From positions 124,001 through 188,000 of the forward strand of contig JAPMXV010000036.1 of assembly GCA_026936335.1 (NCBI GenBank): a DNA stretch of 64,000 nt. The letters run 5' to 3'. The stretch is from Mantamonas sphyraenae STR306. Its lineage: Eukaryota; Protista; CRuMs. The translations under genes were made by a program, and so were the position numbers. The stretch's first letter is position 1, and every line of letters begins with the position of its first letter. A model generated the notes under the pieces. The model was not told where the DNA came from and did no database searches. It saw nothing but the letters and a program-made list of their open reading frames with translations. Shown here in pieces: positions 12,618 to 23,529 of this stretch.

Positions 12618-13978
12618 ATGGTCCGGCCTGAGAATGTGGTTGTGCATCCGCTGGTGCTCTTGAGTGTGGTCGATCACTACACACGCGCACAGACGGAAAA
12701 CAGGGTGGTGGGCGTGCTGCTGGGCACAAAGTCAAGGGGGTGGTCGACGTGACCAACAGCTATGCAGGTGAGTGCACACCAGACACACACACACACACAC
12801 ATGTGTGTGTGTGCATACACCGTGGATGGAGGAAGTGTCACAAAAGGGACACAGTGCGTGTGGACACTGACGCACAAACGGGGCTACCACTGCTCGCGCG
12901 CGAATCGGGCGGGAATCGCGAAACGCGTCGTGGCGACACACAGTGCCGTTTGACGAGGATGAGAAGAACCCGAACATCTGGTACCTGGACTTTGAGTTCC
13001 ACGAGCAAATGTTCAACATGTTCAAGAAGGTTCAAGGTGAGTAAGCGCGTGTGAGGCGTAGCATGGGCCCCGAGAGGGGAAAAAGTGGAAATGCCTGGGT
13101 GGAAGGTGAAGGGCGGCGATTCCGCTGCCGTTTTCCGGCGACAAGAACACGGCTCGCAACAGGGCTGGGTTGACCACAAGGCAGGTGCTGACACACGAGA
13201 CTGCACGCGGGGACGTACGACAGCGTCGGAAAAGGTGGTGGGCTGGTACAGCACGGGGCCGAAGATCCGTCCTGCGGATCTGGACATCAACGAGCGGTTC
13301 CGAGCGTACTGCTCGGACCCTGTGTTTGTGGTGGTGGATGTGGAGCCGAAGGAGATGGTGCTTCCCACAGAGGCTTACCTGGCCATTGAAGAGATTGCGG
13401 ACGACAACACGGGCACCAGCCTGACGTTCCAGCACCTGCCGTCAGAGATTGGGGCCATGGAGGCTGAAGAGGTGGGTGTGGAGCACCTGTTGCGAGACAT
13501 TACGGATGCAACGACGAGTGACCTGAGTGGCCAGGTGACGGACAAGCTGTCGTCTCTGAACGGCCTGTTGACGAGGCTGCGGGAGATTGAAACGTACCTG
13601 CGACAGGTGCTGGCGGACGAGCTGCCTGTGAACCACCAGGTCATCTACCAGCTACAGAACATCTTTAACCTGCTGCCGGACCTGGACACCAAGTCATTTG
13701 CAGTCAAGACAAACGACCAGCTGTTGGTGATCTACCTGAGTTCCATCATCCGCTCGGTGATTGCCCTGCACGACCTCATCAACAACAAGCTGGAGCTGCG
13801 CGAGGCCGAGCAGGAGGTGGACCAGGCTGCACAGGAGGCCAAGAACAAGGCCGAGGAGGAGGAGAAGAAGAAGAAGGAGGGTGCATCGGCCGGCAACGAC
13901 GACAAGGAAGAGGGTGGCAGTGACAACAAGGAGAGCGGTGCCTCGTCGTCATCGTCATCGTCATCGTCGTCCAAGTGA
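12618..13978 (+). CDS. PSMD7: 26S proteasome lid subunit Rpn8 (MPN domain)
   Basis: [75 protein letters not shown]. Two introns; one missing G in the G-run at 12736-12740. Confidence 0.95.
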
Positions 13979-14070
13979 GGTGAGAGTGGGTTGGTGCGCG
14001 ACGACGAGGTTGGGGTCTGTGTTGCGTCAATGGAAGCATCTTTTTTGCGTGCAAAAGCCCATCAATCACC

Positions 14071-14687
14071 ATGAGCCAAATGGAAGAGCTGACCAAGACG
14101 GCGGAGGAGTTTGTGGACTACTACTACGAGACATTTGACAAGGACATCGAGGGTCTTATCGACCTGTACGCGGAAGATGCGCTCTTTACCATGGAGGACG
14201 AGCAGCTGAGCGGCAACAAGGACATCGTGGCATTCCTGATTGAAGAGAAGAACCTGGAGGGTGTGAAGCACCGCCCGTTGTTTGTGGACGTGCAACCGTT
14301 TTCCGACGAGAGCATGCTGGTTCTGGTCACAGGCGAGCTTTACGTGAGTTGGCCCGCCAATTTTCCATGCTTTTTCGGCGCCAAGTCACGAACGAGGCGA
14401 CGCAGAGGAGAGGTGGAAGGACAGGAGAGCAGGTGTGAGCGCGGGTGGTGAGACACTGCCAGTGGCATTGCGGGTTGCGTCTTTCCATTCGTGATTGGGT
14501 TGGGCTGACACGGTGTGTGTGTGTGTGTGTGTGTGTGTGTCGTCCGGGATGGCTGGACGATTGCGGACACGCGTAGTTTGAGAAGGACAAGCCGATGTCG
14601 TTCACACAGGTGTTTATCCTGAGCCAGGACAAGGAGGGCAACTACTTTGTGTTCAACGACATCTTCCGCCTGAACATCGGCGAGTAA
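14071..14687 (+). CDS. NTF2: Nuclear transport factor 2 family protein
   Basis: FVDYYYETFD..LVLVTGEL, then an intron, then MSFTQVFIL..YFVFNDIFRLN. GTGAGT donor at 14344. Confidence 0.85.
14513..14540. repeat. (GT)n microsatellite in the NTF2 intron
   Basis: Direct read; similar (CA)/(GT) tracts occur near 12783, 40327 and 42758. Confidence 0.85.
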
Positions 14688-14828
14688 AGCGGCGGCAACG
14701 GGCCAACCCCTGATCGCCATCTCTGATCAACAAATGTTTTTCCATTCCCCCCTGCTTCCAGTCCCCTCTGCACGTGCCCACATCCACACACACACACACG
14801 TATATACCCATGCACATGCACAGTGCGG

Positions 14829-16043
14829 TCAGCAGAACTGAAAATAATCGGCACCCACCTGCCAACCGGTGGCCAGAATGTTGCGTTCAAAGTCGCCTCC
14901 GCGTTGGACAGCAACACAGAGGAGAGCCGGCGGCTGTGCGTCGTCAGGGCTGACAATGGGCACCTTGCGACGTTGCGGGTCGTCGTGGTCGACAATGTAG
15001 TTGCCCACCTTGCGTGTGTCGACGTCGATAAAGGCTCGCACCAGAGGCCGCACGTCCACAGGCAGCAATTGAAAGACCTTTTTCCCATCGCGACCCGCGC
15101 CCCAAATGCTAAACGCACTCCAGATGCCCGTGTCGACAACCTGGCGGACAAAGGCGGCAAGGCGCATGCGCTGGAGGTCGACGCGGCTGATCTTGTGTGT
15201 GAGGGAGCTCCTGTGGAAGCGATAGACGCATAGGGGACGTGGGATCTTGGCCAACAAGCCCATGTGATCCAAGTGGCGGTAGAACAGGTCCAAGTCTTCT
15301 GGAAAGGCATACTCTGTGTTGTAGCCGCCCAGTTCGTCCTGGAACCACGTGCGACTCATGAACCAAGTGGGTTGGGCCACTGTGAGCTCTTTGAACCGTT
15401 GTGCATACAATTCCTCGCCGTGGACACCGTTGTGCCACTCGGTGTACCGTGGTGTGCTGTCGTGGGGACTGCGTTGGAAATTGCTTCCCAGCAGAGTCCG
15501 CTCTCGTTCGTCGCTCGGCAATGCCATCATGGTGTCGACCTGTTCTTGGATGCGTGTGGCATCCATGGCATCGTCGCTGTCCCAGAAACACAGCCACGGG
15601 GCACTGGCCATGGCGGCGGCGCGATTGCGCGCGTACCCGGCGCCTCGCAGAGGATCGCCCTCATCCTTGGCTTCCAGACACACCTGCATGCCCGCCTGCT
15701 GTAGAGTGCTCATCCATTGCTTGCATTGGGCGTACGAGTCGTCGGTGCTGCCGTCGTCAAACATGCACACCTGCAGTAGGGACGCAGGGTAGGTTTGCTC
15801 CAGCAGCGACTGCAGGCACTCGTCAAGCCACGCCACGGCGTTGTGGACCGCAATCACGACGGCTACCTCGGGGAGATGATGCAGGGAGGGGCTGGTATGG
15901 TCTGAAGTGGCATCCGACGACGACGACGACGACGACGATGAGGACAACGGGGTGACCTCCTCGACATCGACGTCCATGGATTTTTTGTCGTCTTTGTCGC
16001 ACTCGCGCATCCAGTGCAATGCATTGGGGATGGGTGCGTTCAT
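14829..16043 (-). CDS. B3GNTL1: GT2 glycosyltransferase, B3GNTL1/QTGAL (queuosine-tRNA galactosyltransferase) orthologue
   Basis: Full-length collinear motifs of B3GNTL1: HNAVAWLDECLQS, GAGYARN, LCFWDSDD, STPRYTEWHN, PTWF, PEDLDLFY, FSIWGAGRDGKK, AFIDVD, GDFERN. Confidence 0.85.
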   Translation of the reverse strand: MNAPIPNALHWMRECDKDDKKSMDVDVEEVTPLSSSSSSSSSSDATSDHTSPSLHHLPEVAVVIAVHNAVAWLDECLQSLLEQTYPASLLQVCMFDDGSTDDSYAQCKQWMSTLQQAGMQVCLEAKDEGDPLRGAGYARNRAAAMASAPWLCFWDSDDAMDATRIQEQVDTMMALPSDERERTLLGSNFQRSPHDSTPRYTEWHNGVHGEELYAQRFKELTVAQPTWFMSRTWFQDELGGYNTEYAFPEDLDLFYRHLDHMGLLAKIPRPLCVYRFHRSSLTHKISRVDLQRMRLAAFVRQVVDTGIWSAFSIWGAGRDGKKVFQLLPVDVRPLVRAFIDVDTRKVGNYIVDHDDPQRRKVPIVSPDDAQPPALLCVAVQRGGDFERNILATGWQVGADYFQFC

Positions 16044-16080
16044 TGTGTTTCATTCTTGCGTTGTGTTTTGGGAAAATCAC

Positions 16081-18044
16081 TCACTTCACCTGCTGCTGCT
16101 GCTGCTGCTGCTGCTGCTTCTGAGCTCGGGCAGCAATCTTACGCTGCAGGAGCTCTCGCTGTCTCTGTCGTTCGTCATCCATGCTGCCTTTCATGGCCTG
16201 GGTGACGCCCACGACTGCTTGGCGCACCTGCTGTGCCCCCTTATCCTTTGGATCGACCAAGGTCTGCGCAGGCGCCACAATCTCGCTTCGCAGTTTGGCC
16301 AGATGCCGTTCCCATTCCCGTTGCGACATGCCCGACCCTCCCAACGAACGAGAACACAGGTCATCTCTGTCTCGTGTGCCGTTTGCCCCTCCGTCCGATC
16401 CCCGTCGCTGCACCCCGCTGCGTGCCAGCATGGCAAACGGATCGCTGACTTGTGGCAGGTCATTGTTGTGGTGTCTGCTGCTCCCGCCTGCGTCATCCTC
16501 TGCCGCCGCCGTTGCTGCCTCTGCCGCCGCCAGGGCCGGGTCGCGGCTGTGGCTGCCGCCACTGCCGCCACTGCCGGTTGTTGTTTGTACATCGTCAAAG
16601 AACGAGTTGAACGAATTCGAACGCGAGCGTGTCATGGACAGCATGGGTGGCTTGGCCGTTTCCGTCATCACTGCCTGACGCAACTGTGCCATCCTTCGGA
16701 TGGGATTGACCACAGTGGGTGGCGTGGAGCGGTCGATGGATTTGCGTCGCTGTTCCAACGCTGCCTCCCCTGGTCCTTCGCCCTCACCACCACCACCACC
16801 ATCCACTCCTCCTCCTCCTCCTCCATCACCTCCTGCGTCCCCACCACCCATCCCCACCCCTGCATCTGTGCTTCGCGACCTCCTGCGTCGCGCCTGGAAC
16901 GATAGCGACGCTGTGGACGACACCGAGGCACTTCGAGCCCTTCGAGGCGATCTTCGACGGAAGGACACCACCGACAACGAAGTCGACGTGTCCACACTGC
17001 CAAACGCCTCCTCTTGTGCCTCATGTGCATCCACGTCTCATCCACATGGACAACCTGTGGTGGTGGCGTGGAGGCGGCGGCGGCAGTTTCTGCCGTCGTC
17101 GTCGCCGTCTGATCTTCCCTGGCCCTTTCTGGCGACGCCGGTGGTTCGGCGATCAGCACAAGGTCAGCCACGCCTCTCATCTCATCGTCGCTGACGTATG
17201 CGCTGTCTTCGCTGTTCACTGGACTGATGCCTACGCCGCTGCTGGGGGATTTGTTGGCCGGCGGCTGAGCCTTTGCGGCACCCACGACCCGCAGCAGGGT
17301 GTCGCTCTCCTGTACAAAACTGGTGTTGCTCGCTACACTGCTCTCCATGTCCTCCACAGTGATGGAGAGCGAGCTGGACGACAACAGCTCTGTTGGTATG
17401 CCGTCATTCACCTGTAGACGCGGTTTGTCTTGGAAGGCCGGAGCCAATGCCAGACGACTTTCATCCACGCCCGTTCCCGTCCACCAGCTCCGCGACGACC
17501 GCGGCGATTCTGTGCTGCTGCTGCTGCTGCTGCTGCTATTGTTGATTATGGAGGTGTGGTGTCCATACACACTCGCCAGTTCCTGATTCTGTTGCTGTTG
17601 CTGCTGCTGTTGTTGCTGGCGATGAACAGCGGCCGTTTTCACCATCAAGCTCGAGTCTGACACAGACTTGCGGCCGGTGACGCTGATGCGGCCATTGGAG
17701 GAGGAAGGCGAAGGAGATGGCGAATTGCCTCCTGTGGCTGCGCCCGTGGGTGAGAAGGCAGAGCGATGCGAAGCGGAGCTGGTGAGGCTCGCCAGGCTGT
17801 CCCGCTTGCCTGTGCTTCGTAGCTCTCCCAACGCGCTGTGGGTGCCATCCAGGTACAGGGCATCCTCGCTACCCGTCGACTCGTGACGATGCAGCGTCGA
17901 GGATTGTCCCGCGTGCCCGTCGTGCTCCTGCTGGCTTCTCCTGTGCTTCCTACGCTGGCCTTTGCCCGTTTCGGCGGCTGCTGCCGCATCACCCACTTTG
18001 CCTCCACGTCGCTTCCTTGGGCCACCAGACGTTGTGTTTCCCAT
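16081..18044 (-). CDS. Hypothetical low-complexity Ser/Gln-rich protein with N-myristoylation-like start (MGNTTS)
   Basis: ORFs 16668-18044 and 16081-17034 join after a 1-nt correction at ~17037. Short C-terminal helical segment; no recognisable domain. Confidence 0.6.
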
Positions 18045-19413
18045 GACCGTCCCAACCTAGCTTGCTTGTTGTTCCAAGTCCCCTGCGTAGCTTGCGTTGG
18101 TTCGTTGCACAAGTCTGCCCGCTGCTGCGGTCAGGCAAAGCGGGTTGGCGGGTTGGGGAGGTTCCTTTGGCCCCGACACCGCTCTGCAAAACTCGGCGCT
18201 TCTGGAATCCCATTCCACACCGTTCACTCGGATGGCGTTGTGAACGAGTGTGGATGTCAACACAAGGTTGCATCACTCATTCCAGTGGCATGTGCAACCT
18301 TGTCTGGATGCGCTGCTCTCATGTGGCCAAGACAACTCCAAGGGTTCGTTTCGTTCGTTTTTTCTGCCCCAACCGGTTTCCGCCTCCTGCCGCCGCGGAA
18401 CCGTCGTCACCACTGCGTTCCACCTGCGTCGTGGCCCTTTGTTTCTTGTCCCCCTGTGGTATTTGTGTGTGTTTGCACCCTGTGTGTGCTGTGTGGTGCG
18501 CCCTGCTGTCTGCAGGCCACCAGAAAATGGGCTGGGTCTTTTGCGCACTCAGGCGCTGCTGTTCCCGCGGTCGTGGTGACCCAAACACAGCGCACACGCA
18601 TCCATGCGCACCCACAGTTGCATGTACACGTTTGTACGCACCTCGGCAATGTGTTCATGTGGTTTGGATGTTCACAGCCTCTGTGCACGGTCGCACAGAG
18701 CGTGGAACCCGCCGATCCCAACACGAATGCGATGCTGGCCCAAACGTACCCGCGCCACGCACACACGTCCGCCCCTTTCCTTCACCCTCCCACTGCCATG
18801 GCCATCCTCTGCATACCCTCGCCCACGTGTACACATCAACAGTGGGCCTGTGCGCGACCCCCAACCCGCCCCACTGCACACAGCTTCACGGTCCGTGGAG
18901 TTACCCCCCTTTTTTTTTTCGGCAGGGATAACGTCGAGGCAATCCCAGATTTGTTCCAAACGACACGTCCCCGCATATGCGCGACGACTCACACGCACAT
19001 CGCACCCTGGCCACCCTTGTTGCACTGTGCATGGCCCATGCCTGTGCAATCTGCATGTCCACAGGACCTCGCAACAGCGTACACTCCCTTTCTTAACACA
19101 GCAAACTAGCAGGAAAGTCGCCGACCAACCCGCTCGTTTTCTCTTAAGCGTCGTTTTCGCTCTTCCTTCGTCACGTAATCTTCTTTCGACAGGCCACAGG
19201 TAAAACTCGCAGACTTCTGCACACACCTGATTCGCATTTGCCAAGGAACAACCCCTCCTTTGCACCGCAGCCCGCCGAAGCACAACTTTGCGTCAAAAAG
19301 TCCAAGAGCAGCTCAGCCATTCAAGTACACGTAGTCTTCAGCCTACAAGCATACTACCACAAGCACATCAAGGTATCCTACCAATCCAACCTACTTTCTA
19401 CCCCGCACGAACA

Positions 19414-20610
19414 ATGTTGACCACAGCAGCAGTTCAATCGAACGATTTCCTTTCCCCAGCCGAAACCGGCGAGGAGCAGTTTGCCAAGCGCCGTCGCGTG
19501 GACATGTCCATGGACGACCTGGTGACCATCCCCGCCTCCAACGCTTCCACCCTCTACGGTGACAACCAAAGCAGCAGCAGCAGCAGCAGCAAGCTGGATT
19601 TCAGCTCGCTGCCCTCTGTGCCTGCGCCCAGCTCGCCTGCCGAGTCGGCCATCAGCACCACGTCGACGTCCAGTCACGAGGAGCTGCTGGCCGAGCTTCG
19701 CAACATGAAGCGCCAGCAGGAGCACCAGCGTGTGGTCCTCAGCAAGCTGTTCTCCTCGTTGTCCAACAACGAGCACGCCAGCCTGTCCCAGCTCGACCTC
19801 GACCTGACTCTTGGCCACAGCACCGGTGGCAAGAGCGGAGGCTCTGTGAAGCAGCAGCACGCACGCAGCAGCGGCGGCGCAGGCGCAGGCAAGGCAGGCG
19901 CGACCAAGGTGAAGCGCGACGTCGAGGTGACTCTCCTCGACGACGCCATGTTCACCTCGCGCAACGCCACGTCGGGCAACAAGAAGCGCAAGCTGGCCGA
20001 GTTCACCGGCATTGCTGGAAGCACGGACAACCTGTTCAACACGCCCGCCCAACCGGTGATCGTGCCGTCGTCCAAAGCAACCCTGGACGAGTCCTCCATG
20101 GCTCTCACCGGAGCCGAGGAGCAGCACATCGACGCCATGGACACCGATTCGTTCAGCAAGGCCCCGCTGGTGATGGCAGACACCTACTCGGATGTCCGCC
20201 TGGCCGACGAGGCTGCGCTGGATCTGCAGTATGCCATGCGCATGGGCAACGGCGACGACGACAGCAACATGTTCAAGACGCGTTCCCTGGCCGACGAGGC
20301 GGCAGCCATGTTTGACACCGACGAGGACAACTCGACGTCCCTGTTTGGCGACGACTGGGCTTCCATCACCTCGGGCCTGCAGAACAGCTTTGCCAGCATG
20401 GATTTGCCCCTGGATTCCATCCTGGGAAGCAGCAGCAGCGACGACACGGTCAGTGAGCAGCACACAAAGGTGTTCCGCTCGGCCAAGGACTTCTTTGCCA
20501 ACCAGGCACTGGACACCAGCTCCCTTGTGGCCAGCAAGCAGTTCCAGGCACGCGTCACACGCAACTACGTCGACTCTTCCCGCTACGCTTTCCCCATCAT
20601 CAACGCATGA
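19414..20610 (+). CDS. Hypothetical nuclear protein with an HSF HR-A/B-like heptad segment but no DNA-binding domain
   Basis: Strongly C/G-biased codon usage, NLS-like KRRR and KKRK, segment ELLAELRNMKRQQEHQRVVLSKLFSSL. Probable 5'UTR intron ~19200-19270. Confidence 0.7.
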   Translation: MLTTAAVQSNDFLSPAETGEEQFAKRRRVDMSMDDLVTIPASNASTLYGDNQSSSSSSSKLDFSSLPSVPAPSSPAESAISTTSTSSHEELLAELRNMKRQQEHQRVVLSKLFSSLSNNEHASLSQLDLDLTLGHSTGGKSGGSVKQQHARSSGGAGAGKAGATKVKRDVEVTLLDDAMFTSRNATSGNKKRKLAEFTGIAGSTDNLFNTPAQPVIVPSSKATLDESSMALTGAEEQHIDAMDTDSFSKAPLVMADTYSDVRLADEAALDLQYAMRMGNGDDDSNMFKTRSLADEAAAMFDTDEDNSTSLFGDDWASITSGLQNSFASMDLPLDSILGSSSSDDTVSEQHTKVFRSAKDFFANQALDTSSLVASKQFQARVTRNYVDSSRYAFPIINA

Positions 20611-20798
20611 TGACCGGCGAGCTGGCATGAAAAGATGTTGCACGTTGTTGCGTGTAGGCCACACACGGCATGCACGGAAATCGACGGAAAGCAGGGGCCC
20701 TTTCTGGGCCCGCCCTTCATTCTCATCCAACAACAAAAAACGACCATTGACCCCACTGCTGCTGCTTCGTTTATGTGTGTGTGTGCGGGTGGGTAAAA

Positions 20799-21341
20799 TT
20801 AGTGCAGCAGATCAAACTGCATGGACGGCAAAATGGCCTCCACGTGTCGTGGATCAACCTGCACCACGCGACCTGTCCGCTCTTGCTCGTCCTCGGTGCC
20901 GTCTTGGCCGTCTTCCTCGCCTGTTTCCCCAGCCTCTTGCATCGCCTCTGCCGCTGCCCTGTTCATTGCCTCCAGCACAATCTCTTTCAGCAGCAACGCC
21001 GTTTCCCGGCGGATGTTGCTCGTTGGTGCTGCAAGATGAACCCCCGCGCCGTGTTGGTCACTCCTCGCTGACGCCCTAAACGCACACTCCCACTCACCTT
21101 TGACATCGCTTCCCTTTGTTTCCAGCACATGTTTCATGACAAGCTCCACCGTGTTCTGCGCAAGCGGTGGCCGGAAAAGCCGAGGAGGTGAGTGATCATC
21201 CAGCGTCACGCACTTTGGGGCTTGCCATCGACACACAGGCGTAAATGGCAACCGGCAAAGACACGCGGGCAACGCGCGGCAACATCGGCAACCTACGTCG
21301 TCAAACTCGACATCGAGGATGTCTGGCACGTCCCCCTCCAT
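20799..21341 (-). CDS. CENPX: CENP-X / MHF2 histone-fold protein
   Basis: Three exons give EFDD|NTVELVMKHVL..|..ALLLKEIVLEAMNRAAAEA..VDPRHVEAILPSMQFD, matching the CENP-X pattern (FVVEAA.R..A..VD..LE.VLPQL.LDF). Confidence 0.75.
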   Translation of the reverse strand: MEGDVPDILDVEFDDVGCRCCRALPACLCRLPFTPVCRWQAPKCVTLDDHSPPRLFRPPLAQNTVELVMKHVLETKGSDVKGEWECAFRASARSDQHGAGVHLAAPTSNIRRETALLLKEIVLEAMNRAAAEAMQEAGETGEEDGQDGTEDEQERTGRVVQVDPRHVEAILPSMQFDLLH

Positions 21342-21396
21342 GCCAGGCACCGTTTTCCGCGCGTGTTTCTGGGTTTTAGGGTTGGTTCCGAGGGAG

Positions 21397-22996
21397 ATGA
21401 GCTCTGCGCAAGCCTCTGTGGACGCAACAGACACGCTAGACACGCTGCCCGAGGGCGAGGCACACGCAGAGGAGCAGGGCAAAGAGCAAGGGGAGACACA
21501 GGAGCAGGAGAGCGGTGAGGAGACGGTGGAGGCCGTGGTCGAAGGAGAGGACAGCCAGGAACAGCAAGAAACCGGCGTCAAGACCCTGTTTCGACAGCTG
21601 ATGGTGTACAATGTCAACACGACCTTCTGGACACAGTCGATGGGCCGTGGATTGAAGCCACAGGCAAAGGCAGGAGCCTCATGCACGCCGGCACGCAAGA
21701 ACCTGCTTGTGTTTGGCGGCGAGGGACCCCAAGCCGGCTCGTTTGACAATGCCCTTCACTACTTTGACATGGACAAGCGCACCTGGAGTGTGGTCGCCTA
21801 CAAAGACGGGGATCCTGTGCCTGCGGCTCGCTGTGACCACAGCGCCGCCTTTGTGGCCTTCAAGGATCTCTTTGTCTTTGGCGGTGTCCTTCACACGGGC
21901 GCACTCTCCAACGAACTGTGGTCTTTCAGCACACGCACCCTCGTCTGGCAGTGCATTGGACCTAAGAATGCCTCCTCCTCCTCCTCCTCCTCCTCCTCCT
22001 CCTCCTCCTCTGCTTCCTCATCATCCGACAGTGGCGACGCACAGGACGCCGATCAGCCGTGGCCTTCGCCGCGCGCCATGGCCTCCTTTCACCGCGTCGG
22101 CACAGCCGTATACTTGTATGGAGGATACCAAGGTGCGTGTCAGGTGTTCCCCGGGCCCTGTGTCTTTCGTTTCACAGTGCGTGTGTGGAAAGAAAAAGTC
22201 AACAACGTGTGTGTGGGTGTGGGTGGGTGCGAGTGCTGCTGACACACACACACGGGAACCCCGACAACCCATCCGCAGACGGTGCAAACGGCCAGCTGGA
22301 GCCTGGATACGACCTGTGGCGATTGGACAGCAAGGCAGGCACGTGGGAACAGATTCCATGTGACGACAACACAGAGTACCAGCACGGAGACGTTGTGGGC
22401 GAGTTCACACACGTCCGAGGCGTGCCTGAATTGCCGCCCGGCACACCAAGCACGCGTTTGGGCAACGCAACCATCCTATTTCTGGACGACACAGCCCTGT
22501 GGAAGCTGGACACGTGTAAGTTGCGGGAGATTTTGTACACCCGCGCGGTGTTGGGAACATTTTGGGGAGGAAAGCGCCTCGGGGTGCCGAACGGGGACGC
22601 TAGCGTGGGATCGCCGCCTGACACACGCACATTCGCTCACGTTGCATTGCACGCCCTGTCTCTTGTCTCTTCCAAGCCAATCACACGTGGTGGTTTGCCA
22701 CTGTGCAGGCGGTGAACAAGTCCATCCTGCAAACATTCGACTTTATCACCGTCTATGGCCACGATCAGGAAATGGCACAGCAACTGCATGTGTTGGGCCG
22801 CGACGGTCCATTCTTGGCCACCGATGTCCTGGACATGGAAACCATGAGCTGGAGCAGGTTTGAATCTTCCAGTGTGCTTCCCGAGTATCGGCAGCGCGCC
22901 GCCGTCGCCGGCGCCTCTGGACGTGTCTTTGTGTACGGCGGCGAAACAGAGGCCACTGTGCGTGTGGTGGAAATGATCGCCACCCCTGACGAATGA
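21397..22996 (+). CDS. Kelch-repeat protein
   Basis: LLVFGG, ARCDHSAA..LFVFGG, PSPRAMAS..VYLYGG, RVFVYGG. Two introns (donors ~22132 and ~22516). Confidence 0.8.
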
Positions 22997-23529
22997 ATCA
23001 ACATACATTTGGTCCTGTGATGTCGTCAAGTCCTGCGTTTTTTTCGGCCAGCCGGAAAGTCCACTGCAACTTGCGCCCACTATGCGTCCCCACGTGCCAA
23101 GAAACTCTTGGAAACTGGGTTGGCATGTGTGCACAGGCGTCAGGGTGTGTTCCTTGTCCCTGTGGGCCCGTGTTGACCCCAGCCCGTGTCGCATCGGGCG
23201 TCGGAGAATTCGAGGGCGCCACTGCGCAAAAAAGAGGAAAAACGGCGTCTCGCGTTGTTCTCACTGCCGTGGCCACAGATCTCGCAATGGGCACAAGCGG
23301 TGATGTGGGGTCACTTTGGACCCATTTGTGACCAGATGCTATGAGAATGTGGATGGATGCATGCGCAAGGTCAACCAACCTCAGGCAAGCAAATCGAAGG
23401 ACGCGCTTTGGAACCACAGGAAATACTTCGAACGACACGAACCCGGGCTCCCACAAGGCACCGGCCATCGAAACCCCTTCAAGAGCACTGCAGATGCCCC
23501 AAGACGTGGCGCATCCACACATCAGTGAC

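Noticed and set aside
21371-21383. Telomere-like GGGTTTTAGGGTT (telo-box-like) in the 55-bp CENP-X/Kelch divergent promoter
   Set aside because: Only ~1.5 repeat units and an imperfect telo-box; a single instance is not distinguishable from chance.
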